A stretch of DNA of 64,000 nt from Bacteroidota bacterium (GCA_947475205.1 CANJNG010000002.1:8526-72525); one strand, 5' to 3'. Numbered from the stretch's first letter, positions 9,518 through 18,972 are shown. Translations and numbers: made by a program. The notes: a model not told the origin generated them from the sequence alone.

Positions 9518-10639
9518 ATGAGCAAAAACAAAGCAATCGTAATAGGAGCCGGAATAGTGGGTTTAGCCGCCGCCCGTGCCTTAGCCGAAAAAGGGTTTAA
9601 GGTAAAAGTATTTGAACGCAACGAGCAAGCCGTTGGGGCTTCAGTCCGCAATTTCGGAATGGTGTGGCCAATTGGTCAACCCAAGGGTAAGTTGTTTGAT
9701 CGAGCTATGCGAAGCAGAAAAATTTGGTTAGATATATGTGCAAAAGGAAAATTTTGGCATCACCCAAACGGTTCGCTTCATTTGCTGTATCACAACGACG
9801 AAATGGCTGTGGCCGAAGAGTTCATGATGGCAAACCACGAAGAGCGGGGCTGCGATATAATTACGGCCAAACAAGCTTTGCAAAAAAGCACAATTGCACG
9901 AGCCGATGAGTTGAAAGGGGCTTTGTGGAGTAACACGGAATTAATTGTTGAAAGCCGAGAAATTATAGGCCAGTTGCCCGCCTATTTGGAAGAAAAATAT
10001 GACATTTCGTTTAAGTTTGGAAAAGCGGTAACACGGGTAAAAACAGGAAAAGTGTTTGTGGATGAAAAGAAATACGAGGCCGATTTAATTGTGGTGTGTA
10101 GCGGTGCAGATTTTGAAACCCTGTATCCCGAAACCTTTGCCAAAAGTGGAATCACGAAATGTAAACTTCAAATGATGCGAACCGAGGCGATGCCAAAAGG
10201 AAATGTGGGTCCATCGCTTTGTGGAGGATTAACGCTAACCCACTACGGTGCTTTTGCCGATTTGAAATCACTTCCGGCTTTGAAGAAACGCTACGATAAA
10301 CAATGGACCGAACAAGTGAAATGGGGTATACATGTACTGGTTTCGCAATCACCCAATATGGAACTCACGCTGGGCGACAGCCACGAATACGGTCAGGTGT
10401 TCGACCCCTTTGATAAGGCAGCCATAAATCAATTGGTGATTGATTATCTAAAAACCTTCACCAATTTAAAGGCTATACCTATTTCGCAATCGTGGAACGG
10501 TATCTATGCCAAACTGCCCGGCAAAACAGAATTCATAGCCGAACCCGAAAAGGGTGTGCATATCCTTAACGGATTAAGCGGTGCCGGAATGACCCTTTCG
10601 TTTGGATTGGCAGAAGAATGGGCGGAAGGGGCTGTATAA
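9518..10639 (+). CDS. TIGR03364-type FAD-dependent oxidoreductase (phosphonate-associated)
   Basis: GAGIVG, GASVRNFG, KCKLQMMR, GDSHEY, GAGMTLSFGLA. Confidence 0.87.
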   Translation: MSKNKAIVIGAGIVGLAAARALAEKGFKVKVFERNEQAVGASVRNFGMVWPIGQPKGKLFDRAMRSRKIWLDICAKGKFWHHPNGSLHLLYHNDEMAVAEEFMMANHEERGCDIITAKQALQKSTIARADELKGALWSNTELIVESREIIGQLPAYLEEKYDISFKFGKAVTRVKTGKVFVDEKKYEADLIVVCSGADFETLYPETFAKSGITKCKLQMMRTEAMPKGNVGPSLCGGLTLTHYGAFADLKSLPALKKRYDKQWTEQVKWGIHVLVSQSPNMELTLGDSHEYGQVFDPFDKAAINQLVIDYLKTFTNLKAIPISQSWNGIYAKLPGKTEFIAEPEKGVHILNGLSGAGMTLSFGLAEEWAEGAV

Positions 10640-10708
10640 AGTTTAAAGTTTAAAGTTCCATCAGGCGGCAGCCAAATTAAAGTTTAAACATTGAACTTGA
10701 AACTAAAC
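10637..10708. repeat. heptamer repeat element with conserved core
   Basis: TAAAGTT x3, core CCATCAGGCGGCAGCC (10658-10673), then degenerate inverted AAACTT-type units. Confidence 0.75.
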
Positions 10709-11140
10709 AATTTCTTTAAAGCAATGGCATCCTAAAACCAATAGCATAAGCAGTTCGGTTTCGTCTGCCGAATGGTCAAGAAGTGTTACAATGGCTTTAG
10801 GCTTTTCTGCACCTTCCACTTCGTAATTCAGCATTTCAGTTCCATCCTTATCAATGAAAGAGAGTTTTATTGCGGGAGTGTTTTGGATTTTGAATGAGTA
10901 TTTACTGCCTTTCTTAAATTTAATACTACCGCTTGTACCCAAAAATTGTCTTTTCAATTTAAGTATCGCTTTACCCTCCTTTTCAATAACTATTTTAGCG
11001 TTCCAAAAACCTTCGGAGCGGATGAGGTAATCTTTTCAATCCCATACAAAAGACGATCGCGATTTCTTGTCATCTACCAATTCTAAGAGGGTGGCCGTAT
11101 CGCTTTTAAGTACAATTCTCTTTTTCTTGAAGGTCCAAGT
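10703..11140 (-). pseudogene. headless hypothetical gene with internal in-frame TGA
   Basis: Track ORFs 11036..11278 and 10703..10957 are in one frame, joined as ...FVWD*KDYLIRSEGFWNAKIVIEKEGKAILKLKRQFLG...; 5' end replaced by an attC-like repeat. Confidence 0.7.
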
Positions 11141-11261
11141 TCGGGCTTGGCGAAGGTGGCGATTTTCACCACAAATGTTGATGCTGAGAACCATACTTTG
11201 ATTTACCACACTTGAGACAGTGGAGAACTGAACCGCCACTTTTGCCAAACCCGTGTTATGC
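11141..11261 (-). repeat. truncated attC-like imperfect inverted repeat downstream of RM gene
   Basis: Minus strand GCATAAC, then 20-bp arms 11234-11253 and 11142-11161 (17/20 Watson-Crick); terminal GTT core missing. Confidence 0.65.
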
Positions 11262-11274
11262 CCAATGCTTATTC

Positions 11275-14200
11275 TCATTCGATTACGATTTTGTTTATTT
11301 CGTTCATTAGGCTGTCCGTTTCTGTCAATGCAACGATGATTTTTTGATAGTGTAATATATCATCAAATTCAAGAGTTCTTTCCTTTCTGTCTTTGAGCCA
11401 TTTTTGTGCTGGTTGATAACCACCAATGTAAAACTCCCAAGCAACTTGCGGAACGTTGTCAAAGTACTGAGTGTCGTTGATGTACACTTTACCGTTTTCG
11501 TATTTTGGTTTTACAACTACATTGTTCCCGTCTTCGGGATATTGAGTTATGTATTTCTCAACTGTTGGGCTTTCCAATAAATGTATTTGCCGAATTTCTC
11601 CGCCTAATTTTACCAATTGCCAAAACGTTTCTTTGTCTTTTGGATAAGGCACTCTTGGGAAATCAATTTTTAAAAACTCTTTGTATTTCTCTCGGTATGT
11701 TGGGCTGTGTAAAACAGCATAGATGTAATCTAAAATGTCAATGGGTGCAAAGGTGTTTTTTGTTGTTTCTTTTTCGTTAGTGAAAGTTAAACCTAATTTC
11801 TCCGATATTTGCTTTACAATTTCTGAGTTTAGATTTGGTGTTCTTTCTGTTGATTGACCAATGGTTTGTTGTCCGTTGGTTTCTGGGTAGAGGTAAAGGG
11901 GGAAAAAATTACCTGAACCAAAACGACCTGCTGTCCCTGTTAAGTTTGATTCTATAATTGATTTTGAAAGAAAAATATACCTCCAATCAGAAACACATTG
12001 CCTAGATACAACTAAACAAATATTAGCCTTACCAATTATATGTTTTGAAACGGCATCTCTTAATCTATCAACTATATTTTTATCATTGTAAATAAATTGA
12101 TTATCAAATGGTCGATAACCAATCGGGACTATTTTGGCAGCACTAAAAACTCCAATTCTTTTATCTTTTAATTGCCATTCAGAATTTTCATTTATATCAT
12201 ATTTCTTTAAAATATCTGTGTTTTCAATTGTTAAATTATAAAAATCAGAAATTCTATTTGATAAATTATTTTTTGATGAATCAATGCTTAAAGAATCTCT
12301 ATGTGTCTGAATGCCTAGCGAATTAATCTTAAATAAATCAGTAACTGCAAATCCTTTATCGTAAATACTTTTAACACCAAAATCTTTAACAACGAAAAAG
12401 TAATCGGGTGCAACTATCGGAAGTTCTCTATATTCAATAGTTTTGATAGAATTGTCAAAAAGAAAATCATACTTCATTTCTCGTTTTCCGAATAAATCAT
12501 AATGAAAAACTTTACCTAATTCGTTTGCCTTTTTCTTACCTGTTTTTACAAATAAATTGATAGAAACACCTTGCATAATGTCAAATACATTGACATCTAT
12601 ACTTCCATCAGGTGAAGTTTCTTTTTTCTTGGCGTTTCCGTGTAAATCTATGGTGTAAATTTTATCATACGTTTTTAGTAAATGCCAACGCATTCCACGA
12701 AAAGTAGGATTATCTAAAAATCCGTGAGGATTAATAAAAGCTAAAATACCACTGCCGTTTTTTTCTATAAAGTGCTGACCATAACGCAAAAACTTAACGT
12801 AATCGTCATTTATGAATTTTGAGTTTTGTTCTTTGAGTTTTTCTTTACCACCTGGTTCTTTTTTATAATCTTCCATTAGGCTCATAATCCATTCGCCTTT
12901 GTTTGCACTTTCTCCGCTGTATGGCGGATTTCCTATAATACACATTACGGGAGTATCACGTTTTATATGATTGGCTTCGTTGGCTTCTGTGCTTAACCAA
13001 TTGGCAAAGAGAGTTCCTGTGTCTTGGTGATGTTCTTCTAAACTATTGGTAAGGTAAACTCTGAACCTTTGGTTTGTTGTTGGTTTGTAGCCTGTTTCGC
13101 TAAGTAGTAAATCTAATTGCAAATGGGCCATTGCGTAACTTGCCATTAGCAATTCAAAACCATTAAGACGAGGCAATAAATGCGTTTCTACATATTTGCT
13201 CCAAATGCCTTGTTGTCCTTCAAATTTTTGGTGAACGTGTTTTACTACTTCGGCTAAAAAAGTGCCTGTACCCGTGGCTGGGTCAAGTATTTGCACTTTG
13301 TGAACTTCTTGCTCAATTACTTTATTTAGCCCTTGTGCGTTTATTTTTATTTTGGTTTTGCTGTTGTCGGCAAGTCCATTGGGTAAATCAAATTCTGTTT
13401 TTAAAATATCGTCCACCGCCCGAACAATAAAATTTACCACCGGTGCGGGTGTGTACCAGACGCCACGAGCCTTTCGCAATTTCGGGTCGTACTCACTCAA
13501 AAATGTTTCATAAAAATGGATGATTGGGTCTTCCATTTTTGTTGACTTTCCGTAGTTTTTTAAAATTTCTTCAACGTTGCAAGCTAAAAATATTTCTACC
13601 AAACTATCTACAATCCATTTAATACGGTCGTCAATGTCAGGACCAGCAATGTAGCCAAACAGCTTGCGTAAAAAAGGGTTTGATTTTGGAATTAATTCAG
13701 CGGCTTCTTGTCGGCTGAAAGTGGGCAAAGTAGGGTCGTGCAAACGAGCGGCAAACATTCCGTACGCAATAGTTTGTGCATATACATCTGCAAAACCTTT
13801 GGGTGTAATGTCGTGAATAAGGATTTCCTTAAAGGCAGTCATCTGGTCTTTAAGGGTGCTGTCTTCTTGGCGGGTTGTGTCGCCGGTGAGTGCTTTTTCT
13901 ATTACATCGGCCAAAAGGCGTGCTTTGCCCGCCATCATTTGAGCAAGTTTTGCCGAACTTTTAATAGATTGTGTAACCTCTAATGAAAAGTTGGTGATGA
14001 GGTTTTTGAACGTATCAAAATTCTGTGTCAGAGGCACAATACTGGTCGCAAATAATTGAGTGCCGCCCGCAGTGGGCGAATCTACAAACTGTGCAATTTC
14101 CACTGAAGTGAGCAATACGCCATCTTTGTAAAAGTAAAAACGGATATAATCTGTAAAGATTAGGTTGTTGAGAGAGGCTTTATAGCGGTCAAACTGTTCT

Positions 14201-14457
14201 TTATTTCCAGCTTTCTTTGCCCCTTCAAGGTCTTTGTCGCCAAGGTCTTTGGCCTCTATAAATCCAATAGGAATTTCGTTTCGGGTTAATATATAATCAG
14301 GTGCTCCGCACTGCTGCCGCTTTGGTTCGTTAGTGGCACGCACGTCAGGCAACATAGTTTCCAATAGATGCTGCAAATCGCCCCGAAATGTGTGTTCGGT
14401 GGCATTGCCCAATTTATAGCGTTTGTTTATGTTGTCTATGTATTGGCCAACTGTCAT
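11275..14457 (-). CDS. fused restriction-modification enzyme (type IIG/IIL-like; N6-adenine MTase with type ISP-like C-terminal specificity domain)
   Basis: N-terminal PD-(D/E)XK (APDY...IEAKD), motif I LDPATGTGTFL, motif IV NPPY, C-terminal FPRVP...IGGYQPAQKWLKDR; no helicase motifs. Confidence 0.88.
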   Translation of the reverse strand: MTVGQYIDNINKRYKLGNATEHTFRGDLQHLLETMLPDVRATNEPKRQQCGAPDYILTRNEIPIGFIEAKDLGDKDLEGAKKAGNKEQFDRYKASLNNLIFTDYIRFYFYKDGVLLTSVEIAQFVDSPTAGGTQLFATSIVPLTQNFDTFKNLITNFSLEVTQSIKSSAKLAQMMAGKARLLADVIEKALTGDTTRQEDSTLKDQMTAFKEILIHDITPKGFADVYAQTIAYGMFAARLHDPTLPTFSRQEAAELIPKSNPFLRKLFGYIAGPDIDDRIKWIVDSLVEIFLACNVEEILKNYGKSTKMEDPIIHFYETFLSEYDPKLRKARGVWYTPAPVVNFIVRAVDDILKTEFDLPNGLADNSKTKIKINAQGLNKVIEQEVHKVQILDPATGTGTFLAEVVKHVHQKFEGQQGIWSKYVETHLLPRLNGFELLMASYAMAHLQLDLLLSETGYKPTTNQRFRVYLTNSLEEHHQDTGTLFANWLSTEANEANHIKRDTPVMCIIGNPPYSGESANKGEWIMSLMEDYKKEPGGKEKLKEQNSKFINDDYVKFLRYGQHFIEKNGSGILAFINPHGFLDNPTFRGMRWHLLKTYDKIYTIDLHGNAKKKETSPDGSIDVNVFDIMQGVSINLFVKTGKKKANELGKVFHYDLFGKREMKYDFLFDNSIKTIEYRELPIVAPDYFFVVKDFGVKSIYDKGFAVTDLFKINSLGIQTHRDSLSIDSSKNNLSNRISDFYNLTIENTDILKKYDINENSEWQLKDKRIGVFSAAKIVPIGYRPFDNQFIYNDKNIVDRLRDAVSKHIIGKANICLVVSRQCVSDWRYIFLSKSIIESNLTGTAGRFGSGNFFPLYLYPETNGQQTIGQSTERTPNLNSEIVKQISEKLGLTFTNEKETTKNTFAPIDILDYIYAVLHSPTYREKYKEFLKIDFPRVPYPKDKETFWQLVKLGGEIRQIHLLESPTVEKYITQYPEDGNNVVVKPKYENGKVYINDTQYFDNVPQVAWEFYIGGYQPAQKWLKDRKERTLEFDDILHYQKIIVALTETDSLMNEINKIVIE

Positions 14458-14559
14458 TGTTTTTAATTAAAATATTTAACTGTTCATTTTATGATTAAAC
14501 ATTTCTGTATTAATTGTCATTAGGATTTTGGTTGTTTCCCTTTATACTTTCTTTTACAA

Positions 14560-14769
14560 TTATTCCATCTCCAAATACCACATATAACCACTTGCCGCCA
14601 ATGCAATACTATCTGTTCTGCTTTCATAATATTCATAAGCTTCTCTATCCTTAGCTGCCTCTGATTCTTTTTTAATGTTTGGTAACATTGAATAAACGAA
14701 ACATACCATAAGTAATAGGCAAATCACACCTAGAAATATTAAATTACCATTTGGGTTTTCTTTCACCAT
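14560..14769 (-). CDS. small hypothetical membrane protein
   Basis: One hydrophobic helix plus charged tail; ATG at 14769 preferred over track start. Confidence 0.4.
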   Translation of the reverse strand: MVKENPNGNLIFLGVICLLLMVCFVYSMLPNIKKESEAAKDREAYEYYESRTDSIALAASGYMWYLEME

Positions 14770-14883
14770 ACAAAAATATAAAGGCACTAAAGCACCCAAT
14801 AAACATTTAATCAAAGAAATACACAATTTATTAACAATCAATATTAAAAGTAATAAATAGTCTGCTGTTTAAATCATTTAATT

Positions 14884-15170
14884 ATCAAAAAGAAAACTAT
14901 GGTAATCAAAAAGAAAACCATGGTAATCGAAAAGAAAACTATAGTAATCAAAAAGAAAACTATAGTAATCAAAAAGAAAACTATAGTATTCAAAAAGAAA
15001 ATTATAGTATTCAAAAAGAAAACCATGGTAATCAAAAAGAAAACCATAGTAATCGAAAGGAAAACCATGGTAATCGAAAAGAAAACCATGGCAATCAAAA
15101 TGAATTCCATAGTAATCAAAACAATTACCATAGTAATCAAAAAGAAAACCATAGTAATCAAAAAGAAACC
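14884..15170. repeat. 21-bp tandem repeat array, 13 full units plus a partial; consensus ATCAAAAAGAAAACYATRGTA
   Basis: Units read directly every 21 nt from 14884 to 15157; faint degenerate continuation to ~15240. Confidence 0.95.
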
Positions 15171-15620
15171 TCAACCTTTTAAATCGATACCTATTGGCAT
15201 AAATATGATGGTTAAAGTATTCAAATAGTAATTTACTGTAATGCCTATTTTTGTTATAACAAAGAAAGTACAGCCTATTTAAGTAGGCAGCATGGCGATA
15301 TTTAATTACCCAATCATGCATCAGAATTGAATGAATGATGTCACAAAAAATCAAATTTAAGCATAATAAAATACATGGGCAGCTATTAAACACCATGTTA
15401 GCATTGTTGATAACCTATTTAGTTTTTAAATTAAATACTTGGAAACTTCAATACTGATGCAGTTTTCGATTGTGTTATGGTGTTGTTAATAAATTGTGCC
15501 AATTATTTTAAAACGCTGTTTATGCTGTTTAAAAAACCATAATACTTTTACTTCATAATTTATTATCGGGAATATTCCACAACCTTTAAACAATTTAAAA
15601 TACATTTAACCTAATTTACC

Positions 15621-16262
15621 ATGAGTGCAAATAACATTTGGAAAGTAGCCCTTAAAATAAAATCAAAAACATTATCGCAACTGATTACAGATAGTGGTTC
15701 CACCGTAACTGCCATGACCGGTAATGCTAATTTTTTAGCACCTAACCCTTTGCCTTCAAACCCTACATTGGCAGAATTTGGGGTTTTGGTCGTTGCCTTA
15801 GATACTGCGTATAAATTGCCAAAAGGGAGTCAGCGAACTATTGCCATTAGAAATGCCCAAATTCCCTTAGAACTTAAGTGGACATTATTAGGAAACTATG
15901 TGGAAAATGTGGCAAACCTCCCAGATAATGTTGCCTTTGGTGATGCAGTTATTGCTAGTGCAGGTATGGAGGTTGCAAAAAAAAGCAATGGCTTTAAGGC
16001 AGAGGCTTTAATGGTGAAAAATCATGCTTCGGATCCAGGCTCGGTATTGGCTCGCGATAAAAGGTATGCTTCAAACACGGTGTATGTGTGGCGGTTTCGC
16101 AAAAAAGGTGAGGTGAACTGGAACATGGCTTGGTGTGGCACTGCTGCCAAATTCACGTTTGAAAATTTGCAAAGTGTGGCTACCTATCAATTTCAGGTGG
16201 AGCATTTCTTTGTAGACGGAACTACAACGTTTAGCCAAATTTTGGAATTGCCGGTGCTTTAA
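15621..16262 (+). CDS. hypothetical protein with helical N-terminus and C-terminal fibronectin type III-like domain
   Basis: MTGNANF..P.P.LAE...LGNYVE pattern; C-terminal YVWRF..W...FTFENLQSVATYQFQV resembles FN3 strands; no signal peptide. Confidence 0.7.
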   Translation: MSANNIWKVALKIKSKTLSQLITDSGSTVTAMTGNANFLAPNPLPSNPTLAEFGVLVVALDTAYKLPKGSQRTIAIRNAQIPLELKWTLLGNYVENVANLPDNVAFGDAVIASAGMEVAKKSNGFKAEALMVKNHASDPGSVLARDKRYASNTVYVWRFRKKGEVNWNMAWCGTAAKFTFENLQSVATYQFQVEHFFVDGTTTFSQILELPVL

Positions 16263-16271
16263 ATAGCTGTA

Positions 16272-16367
16272 AGTAATGAGTAAAGAGTAGTAAGAAGCCA
16301 TCCGGCGGTTGCTACTCACCACTCTTTACCCATTACTCATTACTCACTACTCTTTACCCATTACTAT
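16272..16367. repeat. heptamer inverted-repeat element with conserved core
   Basis: AGTAATG AGTAAAG AGTAGTA / core CCATCCGGCGGTTGCT (16298-16313) / CTTTACC, CATTACT, CACTACT units. Confidence 0.8.
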
Positions 16368-16370
16368 CCC

Positions 16371-17051
16371 ATGGAACTCTTCAAAACCATAAACCCCTAC
16401 ACCCAATTGGGTATTGCACAGGTTCAAGGCTTGAGCGATATTGCCGCTGTGCTAAACAATCCCTTTCCGGTGGATGTGCTTAACAACACGGTTTATGTCT
16501 TTGTGGCCACCAATTACATGGGAGGCACGCCGGGTGGGGTGCAGGAAATGCTGCTGAAATCAATCATTCCTGATGTGGCAAATGCATATTCCTACAACAC
16601 TCCTCTTAATTTCGACGAGGCTCAGCAAGGCTTAATTGCCAACCTGTTTGCAACCCTTAATCAGGCCGGTGCCGACCCCGATTCGGTGAAGCTTTGCTTG
16701 CTGAATGCAGAAACCGCAGTGGCAAAATCGGGGCTTAATTCGGGCTTGCAAATGCCCCTGCTCATGGCCATTGCTGCCGCCTATGCATCGGTTGACTATT
16801 GGAAAACCGAAATAAACAACAACTCTTCCTCTTGGTATAGCTATGGATACTTCGACCCCAACCCCGCCGTAAACATTGCCAATATCTCTAAATGGGTATC
16901 GGCCTCGGCTAGTGGGGTGCTGGGTGGTTTTTCAAAAGTGAAAACAATCAATGGTGGACTACCCGATACCGACCCGGCTTCGCTGTTTATTGGTAGCCTC
17001 TTTGGTGGCATTGGCCTAGCGGCTGCCAAGGTGTTATATAAGTGGGGGTAA
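16371..17051 (+). CDS. hypothetical protein
   Basis: 226-aa ORF, co-oriented with the FN3-like gene, followed by a terminator; hydrophobic Gly/Ala-rich C-terminus. Confidence 0.7.
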   Translation: MELFKTINPYTQLGIAQVQGLSDIAAVLNNPFPVDVLNNTVYVFVATNYMGGTPGGVQEMLLKSIIPDVANAYSYNTPLNFDEAQQGLIANLFATLNQAGADPDSVKLCLLNAETAVAKSGLNSGLQMPLLMAIAAAYASVDYWKTEINNNSSSWYSYGYFDPNPAVNIANISKWVSASASGVLGGFSKVKTINGGLPDTDPASLFIGSLFGGIGLAAAKVLYKWG

Positions 17052-17077
17052 TTAAAGATTTTTAATTGTTAATTGTT

Positions 17078-17108
17078 GGCGGCCCTTGTGGCCGCCCTTT
17101 TTATTTTT
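17078..17108 (+). terminator. intrinsic terminator
   Basis: GGCGGCC-cttgt-GGCCGCC followed by T-rich tract. Confidence 0.8.
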
Positions 17109-17172
17109 ATGGGATTGGAATTAGAATTTTTGTAGTTTTGGGGAGGAAATAAACCCTTACTTTGTCAGGCAT

Positions 17173-17230
17173 ATCTAACATACTTATAGCGGATAAGCCT
17201 GATGATATCAGGGGTATAAGTAAGTTAGGT
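17173..17230 (+). repeat. 58-bp attC-like site
   Basis: ATCTAAC (RYYYAAC) ... GTTAGGT (GTTRRRY); arms CTAACATACTTATA / TATAAGTAAGTTAG; inner CCTGAT/ATCAGG hairpin. Confidence 0.65.
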
Positions 17231-17320
17231 GTCAGGCTATGGCGGCAGTGCAAAATTTGACCGGTAGTGCTTAAGAGAACATTTGACAAACGATTATAAC
17301 ATAAACGAAAACAAAAAAGA

Positions 17321-18619
17321 ATGAAAACAAAACTACTTTTAATCATTATCGGGCTAACAATTTGGACAGCCGGCAAACTATTCTCACAAAGTTGGGTGCC
17401 TGTTGGCACAGGCACAAACAATAGAGTTAGTGCAATGGCCGTTTACAACGGAGAACTTTATGCCGCTGGTTGGCTAACCACCGCAGGTGGCTCTTCTTCA
17501 AACTACATTGCCAAGTGGAACGGTTCAGTTTGGACATCTGTCAGTTCTGGACTTGGTGGTTATGTTAATGCTTTAGCAGTTTACAATGGAGAGCTATATG
17601 CTGGTGGAGAGTTCACAACTATAAGTATAGGCAACCCTGCTTTCTACCTTGCAAAATGGAACGGTTCTTCTTGGGCAGCCTTTGGTGGTGGGACAAGTGG
17701 TGTTGTTAATGCTTTGGCCGTTTATAACAACGAACTTTATATTGGAGGAAATTTTGTCTTTGCAAACGGAATCAATGTTTCCAACTTAGCAAAATGGAAC
17801 GGTTCAGCACTATCTGTATCAGGAATGCCCAACGACTATGTTACCGCCCTGGGCGTTTACAACAACAAACTATTTGTTGGTGGCAATTTCAGTAATGTTG
17901 GCGGAGCAACCGCATTCAATATTGCACAATATGACGGGACGACTTGGTCGTCCGTTGGTTCAGTTACTTGGACAGGTGCACCACTTGTATATGCGTTCGC
18001 TAATTACAACTCTACTCTAAGCGTTGGAGGCTCATTTTACAGTTCTGACAACGTTTCTAACTGGAACGGCACTTCTTGGACAGGATTTGGCACAGGGGTA
18101 GGTAATACCGTATATTCACTGACTACATTCAACAACGAACTTTATGCAGGTGGAACATTTACAACCGCAGGCGGGACAACGGCAAACAAAGTTGCCAAGT
18201 GGAACGGTTCCTCTTGGTCGGCTGTTAGTACAGGAATGAACAATACAGTTTATTCACTTGCTGTTTATAATTCGGAGCTTTATGCGGGTGGAGACTTCAT
18301 TACAGCAAGTGGTATTTCAGCCACATTTATCGCAAAACTATCCTCCACACCGACAGACATCCAACCAAGCACACAAAACGACAATTCATTTAACGTATTC
18401 CCAAATCCTTCAACTGGACAGTTTGTTTTTTCAAGTACAAACTCCACAGCATTTAAAACGATTAAGATTTACAATCTTTCGGGACAAACGATTTATCTGA
18501 ACACCACCCAACAATCTGAAATCTTCGTTGACTTAAACGAACAAACAAAAGGGCTTTACTTTTACAGCATTCAAACCCTTGACGGACACTCAACAAACGG
18601 AAAAATAACAATTCAATAA
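17321..18619 (+). CDS. T9SS type A sorting domain protein with beta-propeller repeats
   Basis: Signal peptide; ~7 repeats V.ALAVYN.ELYAGG.FT...AKWNGSSW; CTD VFPNPSTG...KGLYFY...GKITIQ. Confidence 0.88.
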   Translation: MKTKLLLIIIGLTIWTAGKLFSQSWVPVGTGTNNRVSAMAVYNGELYAAGWLTTAGGSSSNYIAKWNGSVWTSVSSGLGGYVNALAVYNGELYAGGEFTTISIGNPAFYLAKWNGSSWAAFGGGTSGVVNALAVYNNELYIGGNFVFANGINVSNLAKWNGSALSVSGMPNDYVTALGVYNNKLFVGGNFSNVGGATAFNIAQYDGTTWSSVGSVTWTGAPLVYAFANYNSTLSVGGSFYSSDNVSNWNGTSWTGFGTGVGNTVYSLTTFNNELYAGGTFTTAGGTTANKVAKWNGSSWSAVSTGMNNTVYSLAVYNSELYAGGDFITASGISATFIAKLSSTPTDIQPSTQNDNSFNVFPNPSTGQFVFSSTNSTAFKTIKIYNLSGQTIYLNTTQQSEIFVDLNEQTKGLYFYSIQTLDGHSTNGKITIQ

Positions 18620-18671
18620 AACTTCACTGCTAAACCACACCGACAATGCTACGAACGAACGAAGCCCGAAC

Positions 18672-18797
18672 GCCTAACAAAAGATATACGAGAGCCGCCC
18701 GTGCTTCGACCGACAGGTTGGTGCTTAATTTGCAAGTTCGGTGCTTCGGTGGAAGTTCGGTGGGAGGCGGCCCTCGCATATCTTTGAACCGTTAGCA
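18672..18797 (+). repeat. 126-bp attC-like site
   Basis: GCCTAAC ... GTTAGCA; arms AAAGATATACGAGAGCCGCC / GGCGGCCCTCGCATATCTTT, with an asymmetric spacer before the terminal GTTAG. Confidence 0.72.
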
Positions 18798-18972
18798 CTC
18801 GCCTTCCAATAAAAATAAAGATACCTAGCCCTGCCGAAGCCTAGCCCTTTGCCGGGGAATATTGCTTGTGGTTTGTATAGCATATGATCGAAGTGGAGAT
18901 TTTTCTGCTTTATTAAAATTACAAGGGTTATGCATTAATCCAATAATTTTATCCCCTTAATTAACATAGCCA

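Noticed and set aside
11036-11038. In-frame TGA as selenocysteine or a recoded stop
   Set aside because: No redox context or evident SECIS, the gene also lacks its start, and TGA ends normal genes in this window.
11036-11278. 80-aa ORF as a gene
   Set aside because: Its first half is translated attC-like repeat and its second half is the pseudogene frame.
14884-15170. 21-bp array as a CRISPR array
   Set aside because: Units are contiguous with no unique spacers, not palindromic, and there are no cas genes in the window.
14874-15396. Three overlapping track ORFs over the array as real proteins
   Set aside because: Open frames follow automatically from a stop-free 21-nt unit; there is no independent evidence for any frame.
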